Assembly (NCBI GenBank): GCA_030649055.1 | Contig: JAUSGH010000019.1 | Span: 1,454 to 65,453 of the forward strand | Direction: 5' to 3' | Source of the DNA: a bacterium | GTDB taxonomy: Bacteria > Patescibacteriota > Minisyncoccia > UBA6257 > JAUSGH01 | Length of the DNA stretch: 64,000 bases | Notes under the pieces: model-generated | Database searches by the model: none | What the model was told of the DNA's origin: nothing | What the model saw: the letters and a program-made list of their open reading frames with translations, nothing else | Part shown: in pieces, positions 46,706 to 56,141 of the stretch | How the letters are laid out: the number at the start of each line of letters is the position of its first letter | How positions within the stretch are numbered: position 1 is the stretch's first letter | Translations under genes and position numbers: made by a program

Positions 46706-48431
46706 CGTCTTTGAAAAGTATGCGGGCGAAGCGGAGGTCGTCGAAGGAATATTTTTCCCGGAAATGTTGAAACACCGGCGTCAATTTTTCGTGTCCGATG
46801 GTGTGAAACGCGGCGTGGATTTCCGGCAGGGCGTTTTTTAATTCCGTGGATATAAATGTGGCGAGTTCTGCTTGCGTCACGGCGCCTTTTTTATAGAGAT
46901 CGGTAATGTGCGCGCAGACCGTTCCCGGCGTGAGGTTCCGGATTGCGGCAACTTCGGCGATTGTTTTTCCGCTTTGAAGCAGCGCATGCGTCATGGCAAT
47001 CGTCGGTTGTTTTGCCCCGCCCCGAGCCCCGTTTGTTTCCATGTTTTTTTGTTTCATTGTTTCATTGCTCGCTGTATTGCCTCCGCACGCGAGAATAAAA
47101 TCCCTATGCGCCGCCGCGGCGGTTTCCGCGGACGTGGCGCTCTGTGCGTGTGCCGCCACAACCGATGCGCCGCGGAATGCTTCGTCTTTCACGAGTATCT
47201 CCGGATGCACCTGAAACGCGCGTTCATTCCAGCCCAAAAGATGCAGTCCCGAAAGTTGCCGCACGCGGGAGAGTGCCACATACCCCTGGCCGAATTCAAA
47301 CACATTCCGTAAATCCATCACCGCTTCGTCCAAACTCATTCCTTGGCTTTTATGCACGGTGATTGCCCAGGCGAGGCGCAACGGAATTTGTTTGATGCGC
47401 GCGAGCGGCCGGTCGTTTTCCTCTATCATCCACTCCACCGGCTCAACTTCAATGCGTTCCCTTCGGCGTGTTTCCACTATCGGGTAACCGTCATGCGCGC
47501 TAAAACCCACCACTACTCCCAGCGTGCCGTTCACATAACCCTCCTTCTGATTATTCTTTGTGAACATCACCGCCGCGTTGATTTTCAAGAATAGCGTTTC
47601 CGGCGAAAGGCAGTTTTTGATGAGTGTAGCCGCGAGCTTCGGCGCTCCCTGTGAGGTCATCAAAAATGAATTTTCGTGACCCGGGAGGCGCTTGAGCATC
47701 TCCGCATTGATGCGGTCTACGTCGGCATTATGCGTGAAAAGTTTCGGCGCGTTTTTCGGCGCGGTCGCCAGTGAAGTCATTCTTTTTGCGATGTGCGCGA
47801 GGTGCGTTTCGTTAAATATGTTTTGCCTGATGGCGGAAAGCACGCCGAGGAATTCCGGGTCATCCTGCCGGTGCTGTTCCTCGAGGTAGCACACCGTGAG
47901 GTTGGCGTCTCCCCAAGCGGTTGAGTCATACGCGAACACCGGCGGGTTGTCGTCGGCAAATGATGCTTGCCCGGCTTCTGCTTCCCGCCGCTTCACAATC
48001 GGAGGAAGCTGGAAAAAGTCGCCCACCAGCACCACTGGCAACCCGCCGAACGGTTCTGTTTTTGATAAAACTTCCCTACATGCGGCGTCTACCATCGTCA
48101 ACGTGTTTGCGGAAAGCATGGACACCTCGTCAATAATCAGCACCTTCGCGCGGCGCATGCGTTTCACCACGCGCTCATTTGCGGCTATCATGCGCAGGTC
48201 ATATTTTGTGAGCGCTTCTTTGATGCCAATGCCGCTCCACGCGTGGATGGTCATGCCGCCGATGTGCGTCGCGGCTATACCCGTTGAAGCGGTGATTGCC
48301 GGCTCAATATCGTGCTCGTGCAGCCAGCGTACATAGTGATTCACCGTGTGCGTTTTCCCGCTGCCCGGCTCGCCGGTCAAAAATACATTCGCTCCGGTCT
48401 TCAATATTGTGAGCGCCTCCTCTTGTGTCAT
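46701..48431 (-). CDS. PIF1-family helicase with C-terminal HTH
   Basis: FLTGEPGSGKT, IIDEVSM, VGDFFQLPP, AWAITVHKSQGMSL, YVALSR. Confidence 0.92.
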   Translation of the reverse strand: MTQEEALTILKTGANVFLTGEPGSGKTHTVNHYVRWLHEHDIEPAITASTGIAATHIGGMTIHAWSGIGIKEALTKYDLRMIAANERVVKRMRRAKVLIIDEVSMLSANTLTMVDAACREVLSKTEPFGGLPVVLVGDFFQLPPIVKRREAEAGQASFADDNPPVFAYDSTAWGDANLTVCYLEEQHRQDDPEFLGVLSAIRQNIFNETHLAHIAKRMTSLATAPKNAPKLFTHNADVDRINAEMLKRLPGHENSFLMTSQGAPKLAATLIKNCLSPETLFLKINAAVMFTKNNQKEGYVNGTLGVVVGFSAHDGYPIVETRRRERIEVEPVEWMIEENDRPLARIKQIPLRLAWAITVHKSQGMSLDEAVMDLRNVFEFGQGYVALSRVRQLSGLHLLGWNERAFQVHPEILVKDEAFRGASVVAAHAQSATSAETAAAAHRDFILACGGNTASNETMKQKNMETNGARGGAKQPTIAMTHALLQSGKTIAEVAAIRNLTPGTVCAHITDLYKKGAVTQAELATFISTELKNALPEIHAAFHTIGHEKLTPVFQHFREKYSFDDLRFARILFKDD

Positions 48432-48515
48432 GCACCAAGTGTAGCAGAATTTTCTTCGTCATTGCGAGGCGGTGCACAAATTGGAGATTAGCGAACGGTG
48501 TAGTAAAATTAAAAT

Positions 48516-48725
48516 ATGGCTCAGCAAGGAATGTTTAATGCCGCACTCGCCCTTCTTCTTTTCTTGATTTATTTTTTGCCGACCATTATTGCCGGCTTCA
48601 GTGGGAAGCGGAATGGCTGGGCGATTTTTGCATTAAACTTTTTTCTCGGGTTTACATTTATCGGCTGGATTATTGCGCTGGTGTGGGCATTAACAAAAGA
48701 TAGCGTCCAAGTGGAGATAAAATAG
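48516..48725 (+). CDS. superinfection immunity protein (T4 Imm-like)
   Basis: YFLPTIIA...IFALNFFLG.T.IGW..ALVWA. Confidence 0.85.
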   Translation: MAQQGMFNAALALLLFLIYFLPTIIAGFSGKRNGWAIFALNFFLGFTFIGWIIALVWALTKDSVQVEIK

Positions 48726-48734
48726 AGTTAGTGT

Positions 48735-49241
48735 ATGACCCTCGGCAACATATTCAAGCTCATCATTTCCATTGTCGTCTCCGAACTCGCCGGCGTGATC
48801 GGCGCGTTATATACGACTCCGGCGATACAATCCGGTTGGTATGCCGGCCTTATCAAACCCGCCATCAACCCTCCGGCGTGGGTGTTCGGTCCCGCGTGGA
48901 CAACCCTCTACGCGCTGATGGGTATTTCGCTTTTCCTCATCTGGAAAGAACATTCTAGCATTCTGCAGAATGTTAGAATGTTCCGAATATGGAAAATCGG
49001 CGTCGCGGTATTTTTTATTCAACTTGCGCTTAACACTCTCTGGTCAGTTATCTTTTTCCGTCTTCATTTACTTGGTGGAGCGTTTATTGAAATCATCTTC
49101 CTCTGGCTCGCTATTCTTGTCACTATCATCGCGTTCGCCAAAATTTCCCGCCCCGCGGCATACTTGCTTTTACCCTATATCCTTTGGGTAGCTTTCGCGG
49201 CGTACTTGAACTACAGTATTTGGGCGTTGAATGTGCTTTAA
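48735..49241 (+). CDS. tspO: TspO/MBR tryptophan-rich sensory protein
   Basis: WY..L.KP..NPP.WVFGPAWTTLY, QLALN..WS, LLLPYILW. Confidence 0.92.
   Translation: MTLGNIFKLIISIVVSELAGVIGALYTTPAIQSGWYAGLIKPAINPPAWVFGPAWTTLYALMGISLFLIWKEHSSILQNVRMFRIWKIGVAVFFIQLALNTLWSVIFFRLHLLGGAFIEIIFLWLAILVTIIAFAKISRPAAYLLLPYILWVAFAAYLNYSIWALNVL
48948..48983. repeat. ACATTC/GAATGT palindrome, copy 2 (inside tspO)
   Basis: GAACATTCTAGCATTCT GC AGAATGTTAGAATGTTC. Confidence 0.88.
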
Positions 49242-49246
49242 CGACT

Positions 49247-49288
49247 AAATAACATTCCGACATTCTCAAGAATGTCGGAATGTTATTT
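49247..49288. repeat. ACATTC/GAATGT palindrome, copy 3
   Basis: Perfect 20-bp arms around CA; core identical to copy 1. Confidence 0.92.
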
Positions 49289-49317
49289 TATAGATTTACG
49301 GGTGTATAATGAAATTA

Positions 49318-49968
49318 ATGAATATATTATTTCAAGATTTTTTCGCTAATCTTTCCGGCGTGTTTCGCGGGCGGAACTTGTATTGGCACTTGCTCGCCGT
49401 TCTGTTGACGCTCGGGCTGGTTCTTTCCGGATTTGATTGGTATTACGCGACTATAACCCGTGGCGGCGTTGTCGCAAAAATTTTATTCCCCGCAGTTTTT
49501 TTCGGCGGTCTTTTGCCGATTATTTTGCCGCTCGTTATCGTGACGCTCGGGGCGGTGAAGCGGAGCGCTTATACCATCCGTGCCGGCTGGGCGACGGGGC
49601 AAGCGGCCATCGTCGGATTACTTGCTTCATTTTTCTATAAAGCACTCACGGGCAGGGCGCATCCGGAATTGATATCGGCGGCGCTTGGCGACATTTCGCG
49701 CGTGTTCCATTTCGGATTTTTACGTGGCGGAGTATTTTGGGGCTGGCCATCTTCGCACACTACCGTTGCCTTTGCCGTCGCGGCGGCGCTTGCGACGCTG
49801 TATCCGAAAAATACATACGTCGTATATCTCGGATTTTTGTATGCGCTGTACGTCGGATTTGGCGTTTCTATGAGCATCCACTGGTTTTCGGATGCCGTCG
49901 CCGGCGCTATTATCGGCATCGTTGCCGGGGTAACCATCGGCAAAAGTTTTCTTAATCCGAAAATATAA
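49318..49968 (+). CDS. PAP2-family membrane phosphatase
   Basis: K..TGRAHP, PSSH, HWFSD..AG. Confidence 0.88.
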   Translation: MNILFQDFFANLSGVFRGRNLYWHLLAVLLTLGLVLSGFDWYYATITRGGVVAKILFPAVFFGGLLPIILPLVIVTLGAVKRSAYTIRAGWATGQAAIVGLLASFFYKALTGRAHPELISAALGDISRVFHFGFLRGGVFWGWPSSHTTVAFAVAAALATLYPKNTYVVYLGFLYALYVGFGVSMSIHWFSDAVAGAIIGIVAGVTIGKSFLNPKI

Positions 49969-50002
49969 CATTCCGATATTCTTGAGAATGTCGGAATGTT
50001 AT
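49965..50002. repeat. ACATTC/GAATGT palindrome, copy 4
   Basis: 18-bp arms around TG; contains the PAP2 stop; abuts the -10 of the HTH gene. Confidence 0.92.
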
Positions 50003-50016
50003 GGTACGCTGGAACG

Positions 50017-50286
50017 ATGAAAAATTCAAAACAGCTTGAGCGGCACTTCAAGGGTGCGGCGAATCATTCGCGTATCGATATTTTGTTTTTGATTTCCGGA
50101 AACCCCGATATTACCGTGGAGGGAATTGCTGAAGGGACGCACAAAAATTTTAAAACGGTTTCCGAGCACACTAAGCGGCTGGTTCACGCCGGCCTTGTGA
50201 ATAAAAGCTATCGCGGCCGGAACGTGCTTCATGCCCTTTCGCCGTACGGAATAAAGTTTGTTCACTTCATAAAAACGTTCATTTAA
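50017..50286 (+). CDS. ArsR-like winged helix-turn-helix protein
   Basis: FK..AN..RI.IL, TVEGIAE...TVSEH..RL..AGLV...GR.V. Confidence 0.85.
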   Translation: MKNSKQLERHFKGAANHSRIDILFLISGNPDITVEGIAEGTHKNFKTVSEHTKRLVHAGLVNKSYRGRNVLHALSPYGIKFVHFIKTFI

Positions 50287-50322
50287 CATTCCAACATTCT
50301 TGAGAATGTTGGAATGTTAAAT
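50281..50322. repeat. ACATTC/GAATGT palindrome, copy 5
   Basis: Perfect 20-bp arms around TG; contains the HTH stop codon. Confidence 0.92.
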
Positions 50323-50337
50323 ACGGATTTTAAAATT

Positions 50338-50841
50338 ATGCAAATACCCAGACGAAAATCTGATTTATTACGGAAGCGGGACAGCGGACCGGTGTATTTG
50401 ACTGCGGAGGGACTGGCCGCGATGCGGGAGGAGTTGGCGCACTTGAAACAAGTGTTACCGGCACGCATCGCCGAGACGGCGCGGACTGCGGCGTATGGCG
50501 ACCGGTCGGACAATGCCGAATACAAAGAAGCGAAAGGGACGCTGCGCCGCACGCACTGGCAGATCTTAAACATTGAGGAGCAGCTAAAACGCGTTGAAGT
50601 TATTTCTTCGGGTGTGAATGCCTCCGGCACTGTGCAGCTTGGTTCTACGGCGGTGCTTGAGCACAACGGAACGCAAACAACATTTCATATCGTCGGACCG
50701 CTCGAAACCGATCCTGACGCGGGACGCATTTCTCATTTGTCGCCGCTTGGGAGCGCGCTCATTAATCATGCCAAGGGCGAAATCGTTACCATCCAAACGC
50801 GCGGCGGAGCGCAGACATATCGCATCGCAGAAATCCGATGA
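50338..50841 (+). CDS. GreA/GreB-family elongation factor
   Basis: YLTAEG, GDRSDNAEY, ISHLSPLGSAL. Confidence 0.9.
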   Translation: MQIPRRKSDLLRKRDSGPVYLTAEGLAAMREELAHLKQVLPARIAETARTAAYGDRSDNAEYKEAKGTLRRTHWQILNIEEQLKRVEVISSGVNASGTVQLGSTAVLEHNGTQTTFHIVGPLETDPDAGRISHLSPLGSALINHAKGEIVTIQTRGGAQTYRIAEIR

Positions 50842-52100
50842 TATACGATGTTGTGATTATAGGAGGAGGGCCCGCGGGGATGATGGCGGCGGGAAGGGCG
50901 GCGGAGCGCGGCCGTTCGGTGTTGTTGTTGGAAAAAAATTCGGGATTGGGCAAAAAGCTGCTTATCACCGGCGGCGGCAGGTGCAACGTGACGAATAATA
51001 AACAGCAGGTTCGCGAGATGCTCCTTCAGTACAACGGAAGCGACCAATTTCTTTTTTCCGCGTTCGCGCAGTTTAGCGTCAAGGACGCGCTGGAGTTTTT
51101 TAATGCACGAGGCGTTGCAACAAAAGAGGAGAATGAAGGAAGAATGTTTCCGGTATCGGATAGCGCAAAGTCGGTTTGGGACGCGCTGGTGCAATACATG
51201 AAGGAAGTCGGCGTGAATATTCAGGTGGGCGTCGCGGTTACCGGTCTAACGGTTGATAAGGCAACCGGACACGTGATTGTTAAAACTAAAACCGGAGCGC
51301 CTATTGCCGCAAAATCGTGCGTGGTAGCGACTGGTGGCGTTTCGCGACCCGAGACCGGGTCAACCGGTGAGGGATTCCGGTGGCTGCAAAAATTGGGGCA
51401 CAAGATTCTTCCGAATGATCAGGCACTTGTTCCGGTGGCGCTTACTGACCTGTGGGCAAAAAAACTCGGCGGCGTGACGCTGAAGGACATCAAGCTTACG
51501 GCGTTTCAGGGCGGATCGCCCCAGGCAAAAGCAAACGGCAAACTGCTGTTCACGCACTTTGGCGTTAGCGGTCCGACGGTGTTAAATATGAGCAAAGAAA
51601 TAGGCGAGCTTCTGAAATACGCCGAAGGTCCCGAGGTATCCCGAGGGAGCGCGGTGACGATTGAGATTGATTTGTTTCCGAAGACGAATCTTGGCGCGCT
51701 CCGTAAGCAGCTGCAGGCGCTGTTGGTCGGCGAGAGTAACAAAAAACTTAAAAACATATTGAGCAAGCTGATTCCTTCGGCGCTTGTTGCGGCGCTTTTG
51801 GAGATCGCGAAGATCAACGGCGAAACAGCAAGTCACAGCGTGAGTACAGAGGAACGAAAAAACTTGGTTGCGCTAATGAAAGCGACTCCGCTCCATGTTT
51901 CGGGCTTGCTCGGCGCGGACAAGGCGATTGTTTCTTCCGGCGGCGTGGCACTGCAAGAGGTGAACTTCAAGACCATGCAATCGCGCCTTATCCCTAATCT
52001 GTATCTTGTTGGTGACGTGCTGAACGTTGACCGGCCGTCGGGAGGATATAGTCTGCAGCTTTGTTGGACAACGGGGTATGTCGCGGGGAACAGTTGTTAG
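50838..52100 (+). CDS. HI0933/BaiN-family flavoprotein
   Basis: GGGPAG, GKKLLITGGGRCNVTN, LFTHFGVSGP, GGYSLQ. Confidence 0.93.
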   Translation: MIYDVVIIGGGPAGMMAAGRAAERGRSVLLLEKNSGLGKKLLITGGGRCNVTNNKQQVREMLLQYNGSDQFLFSAFAQFSVKDALEFFNARGVATKEENEGRMFPVSDSAKSVWDALVQYMKEVGVNIQVGVAVTGLTVDKATGHVIVKTKTGAPIAAKSCVVATGGVSRPETGSTGEGFRWLQKLGHKILPNDQALVPVALTDLWAKKLGGVTLKDIKLTAFQGGSPQAKANGKLLFTHFGVSGPTVLNMSKEIGELLKYAEGPEVSRGSAVTIEIDLFPKTNLGALRKQLQALLVGESNKKLKNILSKLIPSALVAALLEIAKINGETASHSVSTEERKNLVALMKATPLHVSGLLGADKAIVSSGGVALQEVNFKTMQSRLIPNLYLVGDVLNVDRPSGGYSLQLCWTTGYVAGNSC

Positions 52101-52150
52101 CGGGATTTTTCCCGCGGCGCGTGATATATTAGATGTACGGAGTTCATTTT

Positions 52151-52474
52151 ATGTTTATCAAAAAATATATCGCGTACGCGAAGGACAATCCCTATGGTTA
52201 TTGGTTCAAAGCAAAGCCATACGGCTGGGGCTGGACTCCGGTGCGGTGGCAGGGGTGGCTGACACTGCTGGTGTTTATCGGGCTTATGGTGTTGAACTTT
52301 TTTCGCATTGACGCGCAGTCGTACTCCGTAAGCGACACCGTGCGACCGTTTGTTATCCAGAACGTTATTTTGGTTATCATTTTGCTCGCGGTTTGCTGGA
52401 AGACCGGTGAACGGCCGCGTTGGATGTGGGGTCTGCCGGATCCGAATGAAAGTAAAAAAATGGACGGCGCATAA
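52151..52474 (+). CDS. small membrane protein
   Basis: WFKAKPYGWGWTP..WQGW, two TMs, GERPRW.WG. Confidence 0.75.
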   Translation: MFIKKYIAYAKDNPYGYWFKAKPYGWGWTPVRWQGWLTLLVFIGLMVLNFFRIDAQSYSVSDTVRPFVIQNVILVIILLAVCWKTGERPRWMWGLPDPNESKKMDGA

Positions 52475-52492
52475 GAGTATAATGAAATTATT

Positions 52493-52888
52493 ATGAAAGG
52501 ATTTGTCGCAAACATCGAAAAACTTTCGCTCGAGAACGACTATTTTCGGAAGGTGCTGTATACCGCGGAACACAGCCAGCTTGTGGTGATGAGTTTGAAT
52601 CCGGGAGAGGAAATCGGCGCGGAGGTGCACCATCTTGATCAGTTTATTCGCGTGGAAGCGGGGACCGGCAAGGCAATTTTAGATGGCGCGGAGCATGCGT
52701 TGAGCGATGGGGTTGTCGTGATTGTCCCTTCCGGGGCAAGACACAATATTGTGAATACGTCCGTCGACAAGCCGATGAAATTATATACGCTGTACGCTCC
52801 GCCGAACCATCGCGACGGAGTGATTCACCGCACGAAAGCAGACGCGGAGAAAGACGAGGAAGCGTTTGACGGAAAAACAAGCGAATAA
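52493..52888 (+). CDS. cupin-domain protein
   Basis: EIGAEVH..DQF, PSGARHNI, YAPP.H. Confidence 0.9.
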   Translation: MKGFVANIEKLSLENDYFRKVLYTAEHSQLVVMSLNPGEEIGAEVHHLDQFIRVEAGTGKAILDGAEHALSDGVVVIVPSGARHNIVNTSVDKPMKLYTLYAPPNHRDGVIHRTKADAEKDEEAFDGKTSE

Positions 52889-52898
52889 CCACCACCAC

Positions 52899-53333
52899 AT
52901 GGAACCAATAACAAAAACGGAAGTGCTGAAATTCCTGCGCGCGCATCCCGAGTGCGTACTGGCGACGGTTTCGCCCGAGGGAAAACCGGAAGCGGCCACC
53001 GTGCTTTTCGCGGTTGATGACGACTTTGTGTTTTATTTTGGCACGTTCGAGAAATATCGGAAGTATCAGAACTTGGCAAAAAATAAACAGGCGGCGATTG
53101 TGGTCGGTGCAACGGTTAAAGAGCCGAAGAGCGCGCAAATTGAAGGCGTGATGGAGCCGATTGAACATGAAGCGGATATCACGAAGACGAAGATATTTTT
53201 CGCGGAACAGAATCCCGCGATGAAACCGTTTTTTGCATCACCTCTTAAGTTTTTTAAGTTACACCCCGCATGGTTGCGGTTTCTTGACGAAACAAAAAGC
53301 GAGGCGGAAAATTTTCAGCAGATTATTCCGTAA
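52899..53333 (+). CDS. pyridoxamine 5'-phosphate oxidase-like protein
   Basis: LATVSPEGKP, FYFGT...RKYQNL..N. Confidence 0.82.
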   Translation: MEPITKTEVLKFLRAHPECVLATVSPEGKPEAATVLFAVDDDFVFYFGTFEKYRKYQNLAKNKQAAIVVGATVKEPKSAQIEGVMEPIEHEADITKTKIFFAEQNPAMKPFFASPLKFFKLHPAWLRFLDETKSEAENFQQIIP

Positions 53334-53409
53334 TACGATATTGTTAAAGACTTAATTATAGAAAGTTGAGCTGTTTCCGTTCGCGTTGCCGGTGACGAAT
53401 CAAGCGTAC

Positions 53410-55380
53410 TTACATCGCTTCGCCGCCCATATCTTTAATTCGCTGTATGAGACGGTTGAATAGCGCATTGAGCGCGTCAAAAATGCGTTGTTGCGCGACG
53501 TTGATTTGTCCGGCGTGGATTGACGGGTTTTTTGTAGTTAACAGATACACATCGAGCGGTATCGTTACCGTCGCTCCTTCTTCCCCGGCGGCGTTCACGG
53601 GAGTCATGCGTATGGTATAGCGTCGTGGGTCAAGCAATAGCTTGATCGTCTGGGATCGGTTCACGCTTTGCTTGAACATGAGGTTGCCGTCCGCGTCATA
53701 CACCTTCACTAACACCAGGCTTTTCCCGGAGGTGATGTATGAAAAATTATTGAATGACGGGATACGCAGGGTAACAACAAATTGATCTTTTATGCGCCCC
53801 AACTGCTCAATGTTAACCTCGCTTGCCGCAAACGCGGCGGGAGTCCAGATGCGCGATTCCACGCAAAACTCCGCGTTGTTTTGGTGCGTATAGCAAAGCT
53901 GTACGGGAAGTTCCGCGTTTGAAGGCCAGGGAAAACGAAAAGTGGTCAGCTCTTTATTGCGCTCGACGGCGAAGGGAATGTGGCGATGATTTTCGCTTTG
54001 ATGAAGGGTAAACCGTTCAAGCTCGGCATCTTCTGGCGATTTGAATTGAAGAATCGCATCGCAAGAAGTGGACGTGCAATGTTCGGCGCGCAGCGCAAGA
54101 TCGCGTGGGATATATGCGCGGGAGGCATACCGCGCCGCGAAACCTCCTTGCAGGCGTCGCACAAATCCTGAAAGACCAGCGCCACCGGAATTAGTAGAAG
54201 CGGCGGCGACTGTGGTGTTCAGAAAAATTGAGACGGTATTGTCGGAATAATTCGCAACCGCAAGATCTAACTTGTTGTCGCCGCTAAAATCGGCGGCGCG
54301 GACGAATGTCGCCGTTGTTCCCGCGGCAATGCTTGTTGCCGCGCCAAAGGTGCCGTTTCCCGCGCCAATAAGCACGGAAACGTTGTTGGAGGTGTTATTC
54401 GCAGTTGCGAGATCCGCATTTCCATCACCGTCAAGATCTGCGGAAGTTATTGACCACGGATTTGTCCCGACGGTGTAATTTGTCGCCGAACCAAATGAAC
54501 CGTCACCAACGCCGAGAAGCACGGAAACATTGTTGTCAAAATAATTCGCGGCGGCAAGGTCTTGGTCGCCGTCTCCGTCAAAATCTCCTGACGTAATAGA
54601 AACCGGATCGTCGCCGACCGCTTTAGAGCTTACCGTAAAGCTTCCACTACCGTTGTTGAGACCGATAGAAATTGAATCACCGTCTCCGTTGACGTTGGCG
54701 AAGTCAATGTCGGTATCGCCGTCAAGATCAAGGGCGACGATAAAGGTAGGTGCGGCACCAACCGTAGCCGCTAAGCTAACCACGCCGAAAACACCGCTAC
54801 CGTTGTTTAAAAGAACGGTGACGGCATTATTGGCGTTCGTTACCAAGATATCTTTGCCGTTGGCGCCGTTGATATCTCCAAGCGCGAGCCCTGAAGGAAA
54901 GTCCGCTAACACGGCTCCATAATTAACCGCGTCGGCGAATAAACCCGCGCCATCACCGATGAGCACGGAGACAGTGATGACGCCACCGTTTGCCACCACA
55001 AGGTCTTGTTTGTTATCCCCGTTTAAATCTGCGGCGGCGATTGCGACCGGAGTGGAGCCGACCGTAAAGTTAGTTCTTGCGCCGAATGTTCCGTCGCCAA
55101 CACCTAAGAATACCGATATATTACTACTCCCGGCATTTACGATCGCGAGATCGTTTATTGCATCACCGTTAAAATCGGCGATAACCGTGTCTCGAGGATT
55201 GGTTCCGGGCGTGATGTTTGTCGCCGATCCGAATGTCGCGGCCGCCTCGGCACTCGCGACGGGCAGGAGTGCCGCAAGCGCGAGTAAAAATACAAAAAGA
55301 CTAAGGAGTTCAACGCGTTTAGTAAACCAATTCATTTGTCGTGGGCATCGGATTTCTTTTAAGGAGGCAAATGCACTCAT
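53410..55380 (-). CDS. secreted FG-GAP/VCBS repeat beta-propeller protein
   Basis: About seven D(F/L)(N/D)GD...DL repeats after a signal peptide; start 55380 or slightly downstream. Confidence 0.88.
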   Translation of the reverse strand: MSAFASLKEIRCPRQMNWFTKRVELLSLFVFLLALAALLPVASAEAAATFGSATNITPGTNPRDTVIADFNGDAINDLAIVNAGSSNISVFLGVGDGTFGARTNFTVGSTPVAIAAADLNGDNKQDLVVANGGVITVSVLIGDGAGLFADAVNYGAVLADFPSGLALGDINGANGKDILVTNANNAVTVLLNNGSGVFGVVSLAATVGAAPTFIVALDLDGDTDIDFANVNGDGDSISIGLNNGSGSFTVSSKAVGDDPVSITSGDFDGDGDQDLAAANYFDNNVSVLLGVGDGSFGSATNYTVGTNPWSITSADLDGDGNADLATANNTSNNVSVLIGAGNGTFGAATSIAAGTTATFVRAADFSGDNKLDLAVANYSDNTVSIFLNTTVAAASTNSGGAGLSGFVRRLQGGFAARYASRAYIPRDLALRAEHCTSTSCDAILQFKSPEDAELERFTLHQSENHRHIPFAVERNKELTTFRFPWPSNAELPVQLCYTHQNNAEFCVESRIWTPAAFAASEVNIEQLGRIKDQFVVTLRIPSFNNFSYITSGKSLVLVKVYDADGNLMFKQSVNRSQTIKLLLDPRRYTIRMTPVNAAGEEGATVTIPLDVYLLTTKNPSIHAGQINVAQQRIFDALNALFNRLIQRIKDMGGEAM

Positions 55381-55430
55381 TATTTATAGTATAGCATGCG
55401 TGAAACGGTTTTTGTGATATGATGAATGGT

Positions 55431-56087
55431 ATGAATTTCTTTGCCGAACATTATTACTTTTGGACGCCGCGCAATAAAAAATCGTTGTACGTGGGCGTGC
55501 TGCTTTTGGCGATGGCGATGCTTATCCAGGCGTACGCAGGGCAGTATTCGTATCACAAAGCGATTTCTGCCGCTGCCGCGGAGGATACGCTGCTGGATAT
55601 CTTGCCTGCCGTCAATTTGGGCTGGCTTATCGTGCAGGGGTCGCTCATTTCCATTCTTATCGCTATGTTTTTGCTTGTCCGCTACCCGTATCATTTTCTG
55701 TTCGGGCTCAAAGTGACCGCGCTTTTTATTGTTGTCCGCGCGGTGTTTATGACGCTGACGCAGATCGGTATTTATCCGGAGGGGGTTGATTTCAAGTTGA
55801 GCGTCGGTTCCGGTATTTACAACTTTTTTAATTTTCCCGGTAATTTCTTTTTTTCCGGGCATACCGGACTACCGTTTTTGATGGCGCTGGTGTTTTGGCA
55901 CGAACGGCCGCTCCGGGCATTTTTTCTTTGTTTGTCGCTGGTGTTCGGTGTCAGCGTGCTGCTCGCGCGAGTGCATTATTCCATTGATGTGTTTGCCGCG
56001 CCATTTATTGCGTACGGGATTTTTAAAATCGCGCAATGGCTGTTTAATGGAGACTATCTTATTTTGCTCAAGGATTACGAAGGGTAG
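55431..56087 (+). CDS. PAP2-superfamily (sphingomyelin-synthase-like) membrane protein
   Basis: FFSGHT, R.HYSIDV. Confidence 0.82.
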   Translation: MNFFAEHYYFWTPRNKKSLYVGVLLLAMAMLIQAYAGQYSYHKAISAAAAEDTLLDILPAVNLGWLIVQGSLISILIAMFLLVRYPYHFLFGLKVTALFIVVRAVFMTLTQIGIYPEGVDFKLSVGSGIYNFFNFPGNFFFSGHTGLPFLMALVFWHERPLRAFFLCLSLVFGVSVLLARVHYSIDVFAAPFIAYGIFKIAQWLFNGDYLILLKDYEG

Positions 56088-56141
56088 TAGTGTTTTGCGC
56101 GCGTGCTATAATGGAAGCAGGCTTCTTTTTTAGCGAGGTGC

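Noticed and set aside
46660-50322. Palindrome copies as a CRISPR array or integron attC sites
   Set aside because: Spacing is irregular and gene-sized, one copy is intragenic, and there is no cas or intI gene and no attC R/L box layout.
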